Below are positions 36,539 through 48,872 of a DNA stretch of 64,000 bases, piece after piece. Origin of the DNA: Octopus sinensis (lineage: Eukaryota). Location: the NCBI RefSeq assembly GCF_006345805.1, contig NC_043013.1:15438001-15502000 (forward strand), written 5' to 3'. The notes under the pieces were generated by a model. It did not search any database. It was not told the DNA's origin and worked only from the letters and a program-made list of their open reading frames with translations. Every line of letters starts with the position of its first letter. Position 1 is the first letter of the stretch. Both the position numbers and the translations under genes were made by a program.

Positions 36539-36710
36539 ATTGAATTCAATTATCCGCACCAACGCACGGTTGCAACACCATATGGTTGTACCTCCAACCG
36601 TGCTGTCTTCTGCTGTGATTTTTGCTACCAAGGTATCGGTTAAACTTTTGATTAATCTGCAACAAGATTATTCATCTTTCTATTTCACATAATATATATA
36701 TATATAATAT

Positions 36711-36767
<57 letters not shown>

Positions 36768-37018
36768 TATATATGTGTGTGTGTGGTGTGTGTATGTGTG
36801 TGTGTTTCTGTGTCTGTGTTTGTCCCCCTAGCATTGCTTGACAACCGATGCTGATGTGTTTACGTCCCCGTCACTTAGCGGTTCGGCAAAAAAGACCGGT
36901 AGAATAAGTACTGGGCTTACAAAGAATAAGTCCCGGGGTCGATTTGCTCGACTAAAGGCGGTCCAGCATGGCCGCAGTCAAAATGACTGAAACAAGTAAA
37001 AGAGTAAAGAGTAAAGAG
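36325..37018 (+). mobile_element. SINE family C: tRNA-like head, internal (TA)n/(TG)n microsatellite, (GAGTAAA)-type tail (others at 37484-37890, 52935-53391; tails at 21560-21780, 24750-24960)
   Basis: A box TGGCTGTGTGG, B box GGTTCAGTCC; conserved 3' body CTTGACAACCGATGCTG..GACTGAAACAAGTAAAAG. Confidence 0.85.
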
Positions 37019-37638
37019 AGTGGTTAAGCAAATGTATTCTCGTTTATAAGGTCGTTGTTTCGATTCCCGATCCAAGAGGCGCATTGCGCCCTTGCGCAAG
37101 GCACTTTACGTGCGACTGGTTGATTCAGTTGGGAAAAATGCGTTTTTGAGATTGATACAACACCTGGTCATTTTCAAGTTAGCGTGGTAGTGTTTACCCG
37201 CCATTAGTGCAATGAAAAACTTTCAGGTATGAGGAAGGACATGTCCAGCACTGGATTACTTTAATCCCATCTTAAACTTTTATTGTGTTATCAGAGAACA
37301 GAAGCATGATTATCGATGCGCCAAGGTCCAATATACTTCCATTGTTTAAATCTACTTCACTTGTAATTTCCGCTACAATTTAACACGGGACACCAAAGGT
37401 CTAAAATCCACGCAAATATCTAAAAAGACACGTATGGTTGATAGAAGACTATACTTATAAAAAAAAAAAAGAAAGAAATATGGAGGCGTGGCTATGTGAT
37501 AAGAAGCTTGCTTCTTAACCGCATACTTCTGGGTTCAGTTCCGCTGCGTGGCACCTTGGGCGACTGTCTTCTACTATAGCTTCGGGCCGAGCAAAGCCTT
37601 GTCAGTGCATTTGGTAGAAGGAAACAGAAAGAAGCGTC

Positions 37639-37722
<84 letters not shown>

Positions 37723-38176
37723 GTCTATGTGTGTGTATCTTTGTGTCTGTGTTTGCCCCCTCCCGCTTGATAACCGGTGTTGGTGTGTTTACGTTCTCGT
37801 AATTTAAGCGGTTCGGTAAAGAGGGTACCAATAGAATAAGTACAAGGCTTTAAAAAAATAAATACTGGGGTCGATTTGTTCGACTAAAAGTTGTATGTAT
37901 GTATGTATGTATGTATGTAGAAATACTCGGGTTGGCGTCCGAGGATGCAGTAAGCCCACTGGAGGGCGTTCGAGGATGCAACAAACCCCTGGTCTTTGTC
38001 ACGGCATTCTTCTAGGAGAAGGCTAACTTGTATACTAAACCTGCTGCTCTACTGAGCCGGATACCTTGCACTTCACCTGCCTCTGGGCTTGTTGGTATCG
38101 CGAGTAAGAGTCGATATGGTGTTGTGCTAACCGCACTCTACAAAAAACCCTTGCGCAAGCATACTGACAATACCTA

Positions 38177-38406
38177 TTTCTTTACTACCCACAAGGGGCT
38201 AAACGCAGAGAGGACAAACAAGGACAGACAAACGGATTAAGTCGATTACATCGACCCCAGTGCGTAATTGGTACTTATTTAATCGACCCCAAAAGGATGA
38301 AAGGCAAAGTCGACTCAGCGGAATTTGAACTCAGAACGTAGTGGCAGACAAAATACCGCTAAGCATCTCGCCCGGCGTTCTAACGATTCTGCCAGCTCGC
38401 CGCCTT
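38177..38406 (-). mobile_element. SINE family A monomer with 16-bp TSD (other copies near 1677, 12350, 18318, 29732, 30564, 40405, 44930, 63120)
   Basis: TSD CATACTGACAATACCT at 38160-38175 and 38407-38422; shared core GTCGACTTTGCCTTTCATCCTTTCGGGGTCGAT. Confidence 0.85.
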
Positions 38407-40889
38407 CATACTGACAATACCTGTTAGCGATGATTATACTCGTCTAACGAGTTGACAGCCATCATGTATGTGTGTATGTACGTATATAATCATGTATGTA
38501 TTTATGTACCTGTGGAGGCGCAATTCTTCGTTATTGTGGTTAATATGACTATGCAGTGGAGGCGCAATACCCCAGTGGTTAGGGCTGCGGACTAGCGGTC
38601 ATAGGATCGCGGTTTCGATTCCCTGGTCGGGCGTTGTGAGTGTTTATTGAGCGAAGACACCTAAAGCTCCACGAGGCTCCGGCAGAGGATGGTGGCGAAT
38701 CCTGCTGTACTCTTTCACCACAACTTTCTCTCGCTCTATCTTGTATACTAAACCTGCTGCTCTACTGAGCCGGATACCTTGCACTTCACCTGCCTCTGGG
38801 CTTGTTGGTATCTGTTGCATCTGTATTTTAAAGGGCCAGCCTTGTCACACTCTGTGTCACGCTGAATCTCCCCGAGAACTACGTTAACGGTACACGTGTC
38901 TGTGGAGTGTTCAGCCACTTGCACGTTAATTTCACGAGCAGGCTGTTCCGTTGATCGGATCAACTGGAACCCTCGTCGTCGTAAGTGACGGAGTGCCAAT
39001 AATTTATGTATGTTTGATATGCATTTGTATGTGTGTAGATAAACTTGAGGTCTTTTAGTTGGAGCACGTTCTTTACGTACACAACTGTTTATGTTTCATT
39101 ACTGTTTATGTGTGTGTGTACGCGTTCGCGTGTGTATTCCAAATGTGTATGTGATTTTATGCAAATCTCTTGTTGCGTAGTCCTGTGCATCTATGATAAC
39201 GAAACTCTGTATGTGGGGAAAACTCATTCATATTGTTTGTATAAAGCACTGTTAAATAAGTGTAACAACGGAAATAGAGATTCTCCAAATGAATACTAAG
39301 GGTTATTTAGAAGACCAATACTTTACAGAATGCTTGTACTGTTTCAGTTGCCAAACTTTTCAGTATGGTTCATATTATCACGTTCCATTCGTGCATGCGT
39401 AAATTTAAAAGAAAACCAAACTTCTTTTTGGTTTGACATGTATAGGCTAAGTGAAGGGAAAATAGATCACAGCTTTTAGCATATGAATTCATAAGCTTTT
39501 TTTCATTGGCTTGAGTTACCAAAATTTCCCTAAGGTGCATTTATTTGATTTAATCAGAACCAGTGTAACTATATTTCATAAAATATTTTAGAATTAAAAT
39601 GATTTTTCAATTGAACCGGGAACTAGCCTGAACATTGTTGCCAGTCAGATCTAACCCACAGGTGGTATATTTCACACCTCGTGGTTTTAGCTTTAGATCC
39701 ACTGTGCGGCACTTCGGATTATAGCCTGCGACCGACTAATGCCTTGCAAGTGAGTTTGGTTGATAGGTCTATATATGTGTTTCTTTGTGTCTGTGTTTGT
39801 CACCCATTCCCCCATCGCTTGATGACTGGGTTTTTTTTTTCGTCCTCATAGCTTAACGGTTCGGCAAAAGAGGTCGATGGGCTAAATACCAGACTTAAAA
39901 CAAAAACGTAAGTAGGGGCCGATTTGTTTGACTAAACCCCTTCAAGGCAGTGCTCCAGAATGGCTGGCACGTCTGTCATGTTAACAAAAGATGTGGGTTT
40001 CTGTTGCACGGGAAGCCTTCACCTTTTATCCAATCAAGATCTGTTTTTACTTCCGACCCAGTATTCTACAGGCTATTATCTATTCAGGTTTCTTCCCTCC
40101 AAACAAAGATATTGTGACCTTTGTAATTCTTTTGTGGTTGTTGTAGTTATCAGTAACATACGATATACGCCATCAATAACATAAGATATACGCCTGTACT
40201 TATGAGTGAGACAAATATCTCTTGTGTCTAGTTATCACAAATAGATCATAGTTATCTGCTATGGTTCCGGCAAATACGCTAATCCATAACTGATAAAGCT
40301 TGTTGAGCAAAGGTCAACAATATCATCGGCTGCTTTATAAGTTTAGAAGGAGGAGGAGAAGGATAATGATGATGACGATGATGATGATGATGATCTCTTT
40401 TTATTTCTTTACTACCCACAAGGGGCTAAACACAGAGAGGACGAACAAGGACAGACATAGGTATTAAGTCGATTACATCGACCCCAGTGCGTAACTGGTA
40501 CTTATTTAATCGACCCCGAAAGGATGAAAGGTAAAGTCGACCTCGGCGGAATTTGAACTCAGAACGTAACGGCAGATGAAGTACCGCTAAGAATTTCACC
40601 CGGCGTGCTAACGCTTCTGCCACCAGGGCGAAGGATGAGGGTACAATGCAAAGACAGACATAAAGTGTTGGGTTTACATATGATGGAATGATAAAAAGAA
40701 AGGGTATACATTAAAAGAAGGAAAGTATACATAGTATACGACACTAGAAGAAAAGAAAAAAGTGGTAGTGATGGGGTCCCCCTGATGCAGGAGGACCTCT
40801 AGGGATAATCGAGGAACCACACCATCCAAGTTCACCCTGAATACCAAGGATGAGTGCCCTCTTCAACTTCTTTCTTCCGGCTCAAGGGA

Positions 40890-43660
40890 CTACATTGAGA
40901 GTGGGACCATCCACTCTTGCCATTTTCGTAACTTTCACCCACCTTTTCATAAATTCACTCGAGGACAGCACCTTCCTCTCCACTCTCACTTTTCTTCTCA
41001 AGTGAAACTTGAAGAAGTAGACGAGGGCCTTAACCAAAGAGAAATGTTTCTATCCTCATTCCTTTCAGCCTCATCCACCAGACAACCTCTTTCGCCACCA
41101 GACAAAGGAAAACTGCCTTACCAGTCCAATTAAAGAAAGGCGGTGGGGCAATCATCATTATGGACCCGGCTGACTGACAGATCCGTTCCACACGCAACAG
41201 CAGCTGTTCGACATAACTCTACAAGACAGCAATGCCCGGACACTGAACGAGTGAATGCAGAACGGTTTTGTCACTCTGTGAGCAACTCGGACAAGCCCGT
41301 CTGTAGAGTTTATCTCGAACCGGTAGCGCCCTCCGGTAGCAACTGCCAGGCCAAAGACATCTGGAAATTATTCATAATAGTCCCCGACCGGAAAATCCTC
41401 CGGAATAGACTTGCCAGTTCGTCTACGTCGACACCCAGGGTTACCTCGAGGACGTCGTCACACTTCCCTGCTACTATTCCTCTGTATATAGCTAAAGTGG
41501 AATATCCACCGATCCTATTGCCCAACTTATAGAGGACAGTGAGTGCCTGACGATATTTTAAGCGCCAGGCGCCCAGTCTCGGTCTATCCTTTACTCAGGA
41601 CTACAGCTCCGTCAAGGGAACGAGCTGCGGAAAGGCATGTCTCACAAACGGAGTCAACACACGTTCACCTTCTAGAAATTGTTGTAGGTGGCGCAACCTG
41701 AGTGCGTGTCTGTGTATCAAAAGCCACGCAGAGGGAGTTGAGCGCCTGACCATTGGAACGCGTCCATTCCACAAGAAAATAAACAGGATACACCCCAATC
41801 TAACCGAGCAGGAACTGGGATAAGGTACGGCGGTCAGATGATAAATAATGACAGAGGCAATGTAGGCATTCGCCATCTCTGCCCGACCTTTCAGGGACAC
41901 CTTCCTCTCTGCCTGTTTCTGAGTAAGACAGGCCACCCTGTTCGTCATCTCTTCCCAATTCTTATCCACCTGGAGGTCGAGATTGCACTAGATCCCGAGC
42001 ATTTTAACTGGTCTATAAGTCCAGTGTCCGACGGCATCGATCTGTTTCTCCAAATGCCCAGTCGCAATCCCACCGACTTTTCGACGTTGATTTTGGCCCC
42101 TGAAACCGACTCATGTTCCCTTACAGTGGAGCCGACCGTCTCCACTTCGGAGGCGTCCGATACCATGACGGTGACGTCGTCTACGTACGCCGACGTTGCC
42201 CTCTCGAGTCCAATTTCAAAAGGGAAGAGGCCGCTTAACTGTTCCAACTTCTACAGCAGTGGTTCGAGAGCCAACATACACAGAAGAGGAGATAACGGTC
42301 AGCCCTGACGGACCGAACGTGCGATACTAAACGGTTCCGGTAGATGGCCATTTACTTTGACCGCCGAGCACGAGTGGCTGAGCACTGCAGCAATCCAGCC
42401 TCTGAAAAGGTCTGAAACCGGCCGCTTTAAGGACGACTTCCTAGTAGCGATAGTCGACTCTATTGAAAGATATCGGCTGATCTAAATTGATCAGGGCCCC
42501 ACCGAAGCCAGCTTTAGTTCTAGCCCGCTCTACGATGTATCGCATATGGTGGAGGTTGTCTTAGATAGATCTCCTCAGCATTGGGCATGTTTGTACCTCC
42601 CAGACCGATCTTTTCGCCGATCTTTTCGCTAACACCTTGGCCAGAATCTTAAACTCTGTGCTTAGCAGAGTTATGAGCCGAGAATTCCCTAGCACGTCCC
42701 CATTGTCGGCATCCTTTCTCAGCAGCGTTACCACACCCCGGCTAACAACACTAGGAATTCTTCTGTTCTGCTGCCAGTTACAATAAGCATCTGCCGAAAG
42801 GCTGCCAAACAAATCTGGCATGAATACATAGAATTCGCAGGACAAACCTTTCAAACTGGAGGGCGAATTGCGACTTGTGCAATTGCTCATCGCCTCAGTG
42901 GCTGTAAACGGCTTTTCGCAGTATCTCGTGTCCGTAACCGAGAATCGTGGTAGGCAGTCCAAGTTCGAAGTAAACACCGCTACCGTTGTCGACTCATTAC
43001 TCTCCCCAAACAACCGCGCAAAGTGCTACTGGAAAGGCGCACAAATCTGCCCAGAACCAAATAACACGCACCCGTCCTGCTCCGTCAAAGACTTGACCGT
43101 GGTTTTGTTTTCACGTCGCGTCTCTACCGTTCAGGCTTTAGTTCCTTAGCTCTGATAACGCACCCTTCGTGTTTCGCCTCAAAGAAATGGTCAAGGGTTA
43201 TTCTCGCCGCTAACACGTCGGTTGCAATGCCTTCACTAATAGCCTCTACTAGTTTGCTAATTAGTTCTCCCTCTAATCTATTTCTCTCTATTGCTAAATC
43301 TTTGCTAAACACTATCGTTTCTACTATAATCACTCTCTTCAGAGCGATCCACCACAGGTTGATGACGATTGCCCTCGTCAACCGCCGCTTAACTAGTTCG
43401 CTAATCCGGTCCCTGTAGTCTTTGCGAGCCGGTAAAGGACACATTCAACTTCCAGTAAGCGGATCTCTGTCTACGGGTCCTATCTAAATCGACTGTGTAT
43501 ATCACAAATTTGTGATCTGTGTAGCCAACCAATTTAAATTGTGGACAGCCTATGCTACCTCTATCCTCTATCCTCTGACCTAAAAATACTCTAAATATGA
43601 TCTGGATGACACGTTGTGGTTGCTCCATGTCCACAATGGCACATCAAGGAAATCCAGGCA
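40890..43660 (-). mobile_element. Degraded Tx1/L1-clade LINE
   Basis: End of APE (YWKLN), RT motifs (GVVTLLRK..ITLLSTEFKILAKVLAKR, YVDD, SGAKINVEKS) and C-terminal CCHC knuckle CPSC-x8-H-x4-C at about 41235-41295. Many stops and deletions. Confidence 0.85.
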
Positions 43661-43743
43661 GTGCCTGTCAGAAAGCTGGAAAGTCATGAGCAGGTTTTTG
43701 AGACGTTTAACGGTCTTTTTTCATAGCGTTTTTCAGATGGCCA

Positions 43744-43804
43744 GATAACCGAAGAGATGGTGGTGTGGATTTCCACCTCGGCATCCGAAACTCAGAGTTT
43801 TATC
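43744..43804 (+). ncRNA. Degenerate hammerhead motif, same family as 572-632
   Basis: GATAA-CCGAAGA-GATG..CATC-C-GAAAC-TCAGA-GTT-TTATC. Confidence 0.45.
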
Positions 43805-43838
43805 TTGGCTACTGAATAATTGTCACTTATTATTTAAC

Positions 43839-43923
<85 letters not shown>

Positions 43924-43946
43924 GGGAGAGAGAGCGAGAGAAAGAT

Positions 43947-43991
<45 letters not shown>

Positions 43992-44010
43992 ATATATATA
44001 TATATATATA

Positions 44011-44047
<37 letters not shown>

Positions 44048-44164
44048 CCGATCGACAGACAGAGACAGAATTAGAAAATGAATATAACGTAAAAACGTAC
44101 GCGAGATCAAAGAAAGCCTGAAACAAGAGATCATCGTTATCATTAAGAAACGGTTAATTTTGAA

Positions 44165-44550
44165 GTGTGTGTGTGTGTGTGTGCGTGTGTGTGTGTAAGT
44201 GTGTGTGTGTGTGTGACTCTGTGTGTGTGTGCGTGTGTGTGTGTGACTCTGTGTGTGAGTGTGTGTGTGTGTATGTGTGTGTGTGCGTGTGTGTGCGTGA
44301 GTGTGAGTGTGTGTGAGTGTGTGTGTGTGACTCTGAGTGTGTGTGCGTGTGTGTGTGTGTGCGTGTGTGTGTGTGTGAGTGTGTGTGAGTGTGTGTGTGT
44401 GTGTGAGTGTGTATGTGTGTGTGTGTGTGCGTGCGTGTGTGTGTGTGAGTGTGTGTGTGTGAGTGTGTGTGTGTGAGTGTGTGTGTGTGTGAGTGTGTGT
44501 GTGCGTGGGTGCGTGCATGCGTGTGTATGTGTGTGTGTGTGTGTGTGCTG
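44165..44550. repeat. Long interrupted (GT)n tract
   Basis: Direct reading. Confidence 0.95.
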
Positions 44551-45129
44551 AAAATATATATGTTCTTCTCGGTGTAATTGTAGTAAATGGCACCAGTTTA
44601 AAAATATAAATATGATATTTATGTGTAACTATTTAAAGAACAGAAATTGCCAGAATGACATTAAATCTTACTTTCCCCACCTAATAAATGTAGTCGAAAA
44701 GCAATATTAAAAAGAAGTAAGCAAATTTAGAGCTTTCCGATGTTCGTAGCGTTGGTTACAACACCACGTGTTCACCAGAGCGCATATCAAACTTCAAGTT
44801 AACTGCCAAATATTAAGTGTCTTAAAACCGTTCGGTATTTAAGACCAGTTAAAAAACACGATTATTTTGGAAATTGTTCGCATTCCTTTGTACTATAGGC
44901 TCACGGTCGGATGGTTTCAAATTTTGGCACAAGGCCAGCAACCTTGGTGGATGGAATAAGTCGATTACAACGACCCCGTTGTTCAACTTGCACTTATTTT
45001 ACTGACCCCGAAAGAATGAAAAGCAATGTCGACCTCGAAGGCATTTGAACTCAGAACGTAAAGACAGATGAAATACCTATTTCTTTAGTACCCACAAGGG
45101 GCTACACACAGAGGGGACAAACAAGCTAC

Positions 45130-46190
45130 AAAAGCCCTTTCACACTTTTTCATTTTCTACTTTTTCCTTTTTTTTTCACCTTCTCTTGTCTTGTTCTTAA
45201 CCACTTTTACCCTCTCTTAATTTCTTTTATCTTAACTTCCCCTGATCCATTCAGTTACAATATCTTATCCTCCTTTATCTTCCTAAATTCTCCTAATAAC
45301 GGCGTTACCCTGTCTTTTCAGTCTCTTCTACCACACAACCTTTTTCACCTGACAGAGAAAAACTGCTTGCCCTTTCCCAACCAAAAGAAGACAGTGGGGG
45401 GCGATCTCGGCCGAATCCATCCTCCGCGTGATAGCAGCTGTTCGACATAACTCTACAAGTCAGCAGGAGGCGCAATGGCCCAGTGGTTAGGGCAGCCGAC
45501 TCGCGGTCATAGGATCGCGGTTTCGATTCCCAGACCGGGCGTTGTGAGTGTTTATTGAGCGAAAACACCTAAAGCTCCACGAGGCTCCGGAAGGGGATGA
45601 TGGTGATCCCTGCTGTACTCTTTCACCACAACTTTCTCTCACTCTTACTTCCTGTTTCTGTTGTACCTGTATTTCAAAGGGCCGGCCTTGTCACTCTCTG
45701 TGTCACGCTGAATATCCCCGAGAACTACGTTAAGGGTACACGTGTCTGTGGAGTGCTCAGCCACTTACACGTTAATTTCACGAGCAGGCTGTTCCGTTGA
45801 TTCGGATCAACCGGAACCCTCGTCGTCGTAACCGACGGAGTGCTTCCAAAAAAAAAAAACAAGTCAGCAACGGCTCTTCTAGGTTACTAACTTTCTATGT
45901 CTACTCTAGAATTTTTTATTTTCTTCCTAAACCTAATCGAATCAGTTCTAATAACCCTTTTCGGGGATAATCATCATCGGTTGTTGATGATTGCCTCCAT
46001 TAATTCACTCTTAATCAGTTCTCTAATCCAGTTTTCTGTAAACTTGGTACACCCAGAAAGACGTATTTAGTTTCCAGGAATCTTGTTTATGCAGTCTATC
46101 TATGTCAACAGTGAAAATCACAAATTTGTGGCCTGTGTAACCAATAACTTTGAATTATGGATATCCTGTCTACTGACCTATAGAATATTC
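45130..46190 (-). mobile_element. Second, internally deleted Tx1-like LINE relic interrupted by a SINE
   Basis: 45300-45465 resembles 41060-41230; 45870-46190 resembles 43250-43560. Confidence 0.6.
45466..45859 (+). mobile_element. SINE family B (tRNA-derived, about 380 bp) with A tail and 10-bp TSD
   Basis: A box TGGCCCAGTGG, B box GGTTTCGATTCC; TSD CAAGTCAGCA at 45456-45465 and 45860-45869. Confidence 0.9.
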
Positions 46191-46601
46191 TATCTAGCTG
46201 TGGAGGCGCAGTGGCCCAGTGGTTAGGGCAGCGGACTCGCGGTCGTAGGATCGCGGTTTCGATTCCCAGACCGGGCATTGTGAGTGTTTATTGAGCGAAA
46301 ACACCTAAAGCTTCACAAGGCTCCTGCAGGGGGTGGTGGTGAACCCTGCTGTACTCTTTCACCACAACTTTCTCTCACTCTTTCTTCCTGTTTCTGTTGT
46401 ACCTGTATTTCAAAGGGCCGGCCTTGTCATACTCTGTGTCACGCTGTACCAACCACATGGTTCTGGGTTCAGTCTCATAGCGTGGCACCTTGGACAAGTG
46501 TCTTCTACCATAGCCTTGGGCCGACCAAAGCCTTGTGAGTGGATTTGGTAGACAGAAACTGAAAGAAGCCCGTCGTATATATATATATATCCTGTTTAAT
46601 G

Positions 46602-47316
46602 GCGACCTGGCAGCTGGAGTCTTAGAGTAGCTGTCCACCGAAGTTCCATATAATATGGGAATGAAAAAGGAAAAGGAGGAAAATACAATGTTTCTAAAAC
46701 AAAGACACATTCACATGTAGACAAACAAATGGTTTGATTAGGGTATAATCAATTTTGCGAGGAAACTAAAGAGAAAATATTACGACGATGACCACCACAG
46801 ATCTACAATGGAAGAATTCACCACGTGTAGTTGAGGGTAAAAGAAAACGTTGAACGACAGTAAGTACGTCCAAAATTATAAAGCAGTGACATACATACAT
46901 ACATAGATACTTGTAGCACACATATATATACGTGCAGAGTGAAAATAAATCACACTATGCGACCTGGCAGCTGGAGTCTTAGAGTAGCTGTCCACCGAAG
47001 TTCCATATAATATGGGAATGAAAAAGGAAAAGGAGGAAAATACAATGTTTCTAAAACAAAGACACATTCACATGTAGACAAACAAATGGTTTGATTAGGG
47101 TATAATCAATTTTGCGAGGAAACTAAAGAGAAAATATTACGACGATGACCACCACAGATCTACAATGGAAGAATTCACCACGTGTAGTTGAGGGTAAAAG
47201 AAAACGTTGAACGACAGTAAGTACGTCCAAAATTTATAAAGCAGTGACATACATACATACATAGATACTTGTAGCACACATATATATACGTGCAGAGTGA
47301 AAATAAATCACACTAT
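46602..47316. repeat. Near-perfect tandem duplication of a 357-bp unit
   Basis: 46602-46958 and 46959-47316; only a 1-nt indel seen. Confidence 0.9.
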
Positions 47317-47602
47317 TTAATGTGACGGACTACACTGCAAAAAAAATCAAAAAATCACTGATTTCATTTCTGTTTACAAACTTTCTCCGTGTCTACACTA
47401 AACATACGCACAAATCCTTTCATGTATACACACGCAATATTTAAGAAAAAAAGGAATATACACAAAAAAGAGCGAAACATGTGTATATACACACGCAATA
47501 TTTAAGAACAAAAGGAATATACACAAAAAAAGAACGAATCAAAAACAAATATTTTATATTTTACTTTTATCGTATTGTTGTTTACATTTTCTGTCTCTAC
47601 GG

Positions 47603-48816
47603 ATGACCAGGAGCAACAGAATCGCCATGGTGGAATCCATAGCGGCGTGCGATAAGACTGGTCGCTGCTCCAAAATAGAACACTGCCCAGAAAATCACAC
47701 CTGCCACATCTGTACGGAACCCGAAAATACGTTCCGTAATCGCTGGGTCGAATGTGGGACATGCCTCATCTCTGTCTGCCTCCAATGTGCCACGGACTTT
47801 CAAAGATCCCAGGCCAAAAAAAGAGCCATCATAATGCTAGATGGATAGACTCTGGAAGATGGTTCAGCTTAAATCTTGGACTTTTCAGTGTCAGGCCTGC
47901 GTGCCTCCACAACCGACGATTGTGTCTCCCCCTGCCACTCCCGTGGAGGAGGCGGAACAGCAACAGCAGCAACAACAAAATCAACCACAGCTAGAGCAGC
48001 AGCAGCAGCACAACAAACAACAGCAGCAACAACAAAATCAACCACACCAGAGCAGCAGCAACAACAACAGCAGCACAACAAAATCAACCACAACCAGAGC
48101 AGCAGCAACAACAACATCAACAACAACAGCAGCAGCAACAACAAAATCAACCACAACCAGAGCAGCAGCAGCAACAACAACAACACCAATTGACCAGTGC
48201 GGTTCTTGCAGAACTGCAACAATCGATCTGTGCTTTAAGAGGGGAAGTAGCAGGAATAAAAGCAACCATTCAGGTTGGACTCCACAATGAGGGGTCTTAT
48301 CGGAATGCTCTGCTAAAGAACCTCCCTGTACCTGTACCTCTTGTCGCATTTAAGACCGCGGATTCTGCTACCCATGAAGTCATTGCCATTGGGGTGCCAG
48401 AAGACATGGCTGATCTTCAGGCATTTGCTGCCAACTCAGCCAAAGACCTAGGCTGCGTTCCCCCAACGGGTGCTATCCGCCTTGGACGACCTGGCCCAAA
48501 ACCTAGGCTCATCAAGCTGTCTTTTTCGGACCACACTGAGGCAACCTCTTACCATCTGGCCTCAGTTAAAGCTGGGCGTGAAAATCGGACCACCTTCCGA
48601 ACACGCCCAGGCTTACCGTCCGATGTACGTCCGAAGCTACGTGTAGCGGCTTCCCTGAATAGGAACTCAGCTCTACAGGAAAGCTTCAGTCTTCGGGAAG
48701 ATGGACAAATCTGGAGATTTGTCAAGACTGATGAAACGTGGAAGAGAGATACCAGCTGGCCTGAGTTCTCTCTACCCACAATAACTAAAAAGACTACAGA
48801 AACTCAGCGAAACTAA
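47603..48816 (+). pseudogene. LINE ORF1 (PHD-like zinc finger, CAG/CAA-rich low-complexity insert, RRM-like domain), broken by frameshifts
   Basis: CHIC..CGTC..CLQC (47603 ORF), WTFQCQAC (47841 ORF), RLGRPGPKPRLIKLSF (48190 ORF). Confidence 0.7.
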
Positions 48817-48872
48817 GCCAGGACAACCTGCCATCCTCTGCACACCATCATAAACTGCGAGCAGGGTACAAA

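Noticed and set aside
45466-45540. tRNA gene candidates (also 36325, 38558, 46203, 52935)
   Set aside because: A and B boxes are followed by long shared bodies, tails and TSDs; these are SINE heads.
47869-48349. Antisense poly-Leu/Cys/Val ORFs over the CAG/CAA tract
   Set aside because: Reverse frames of the microsatellite inside LINE ORF1.
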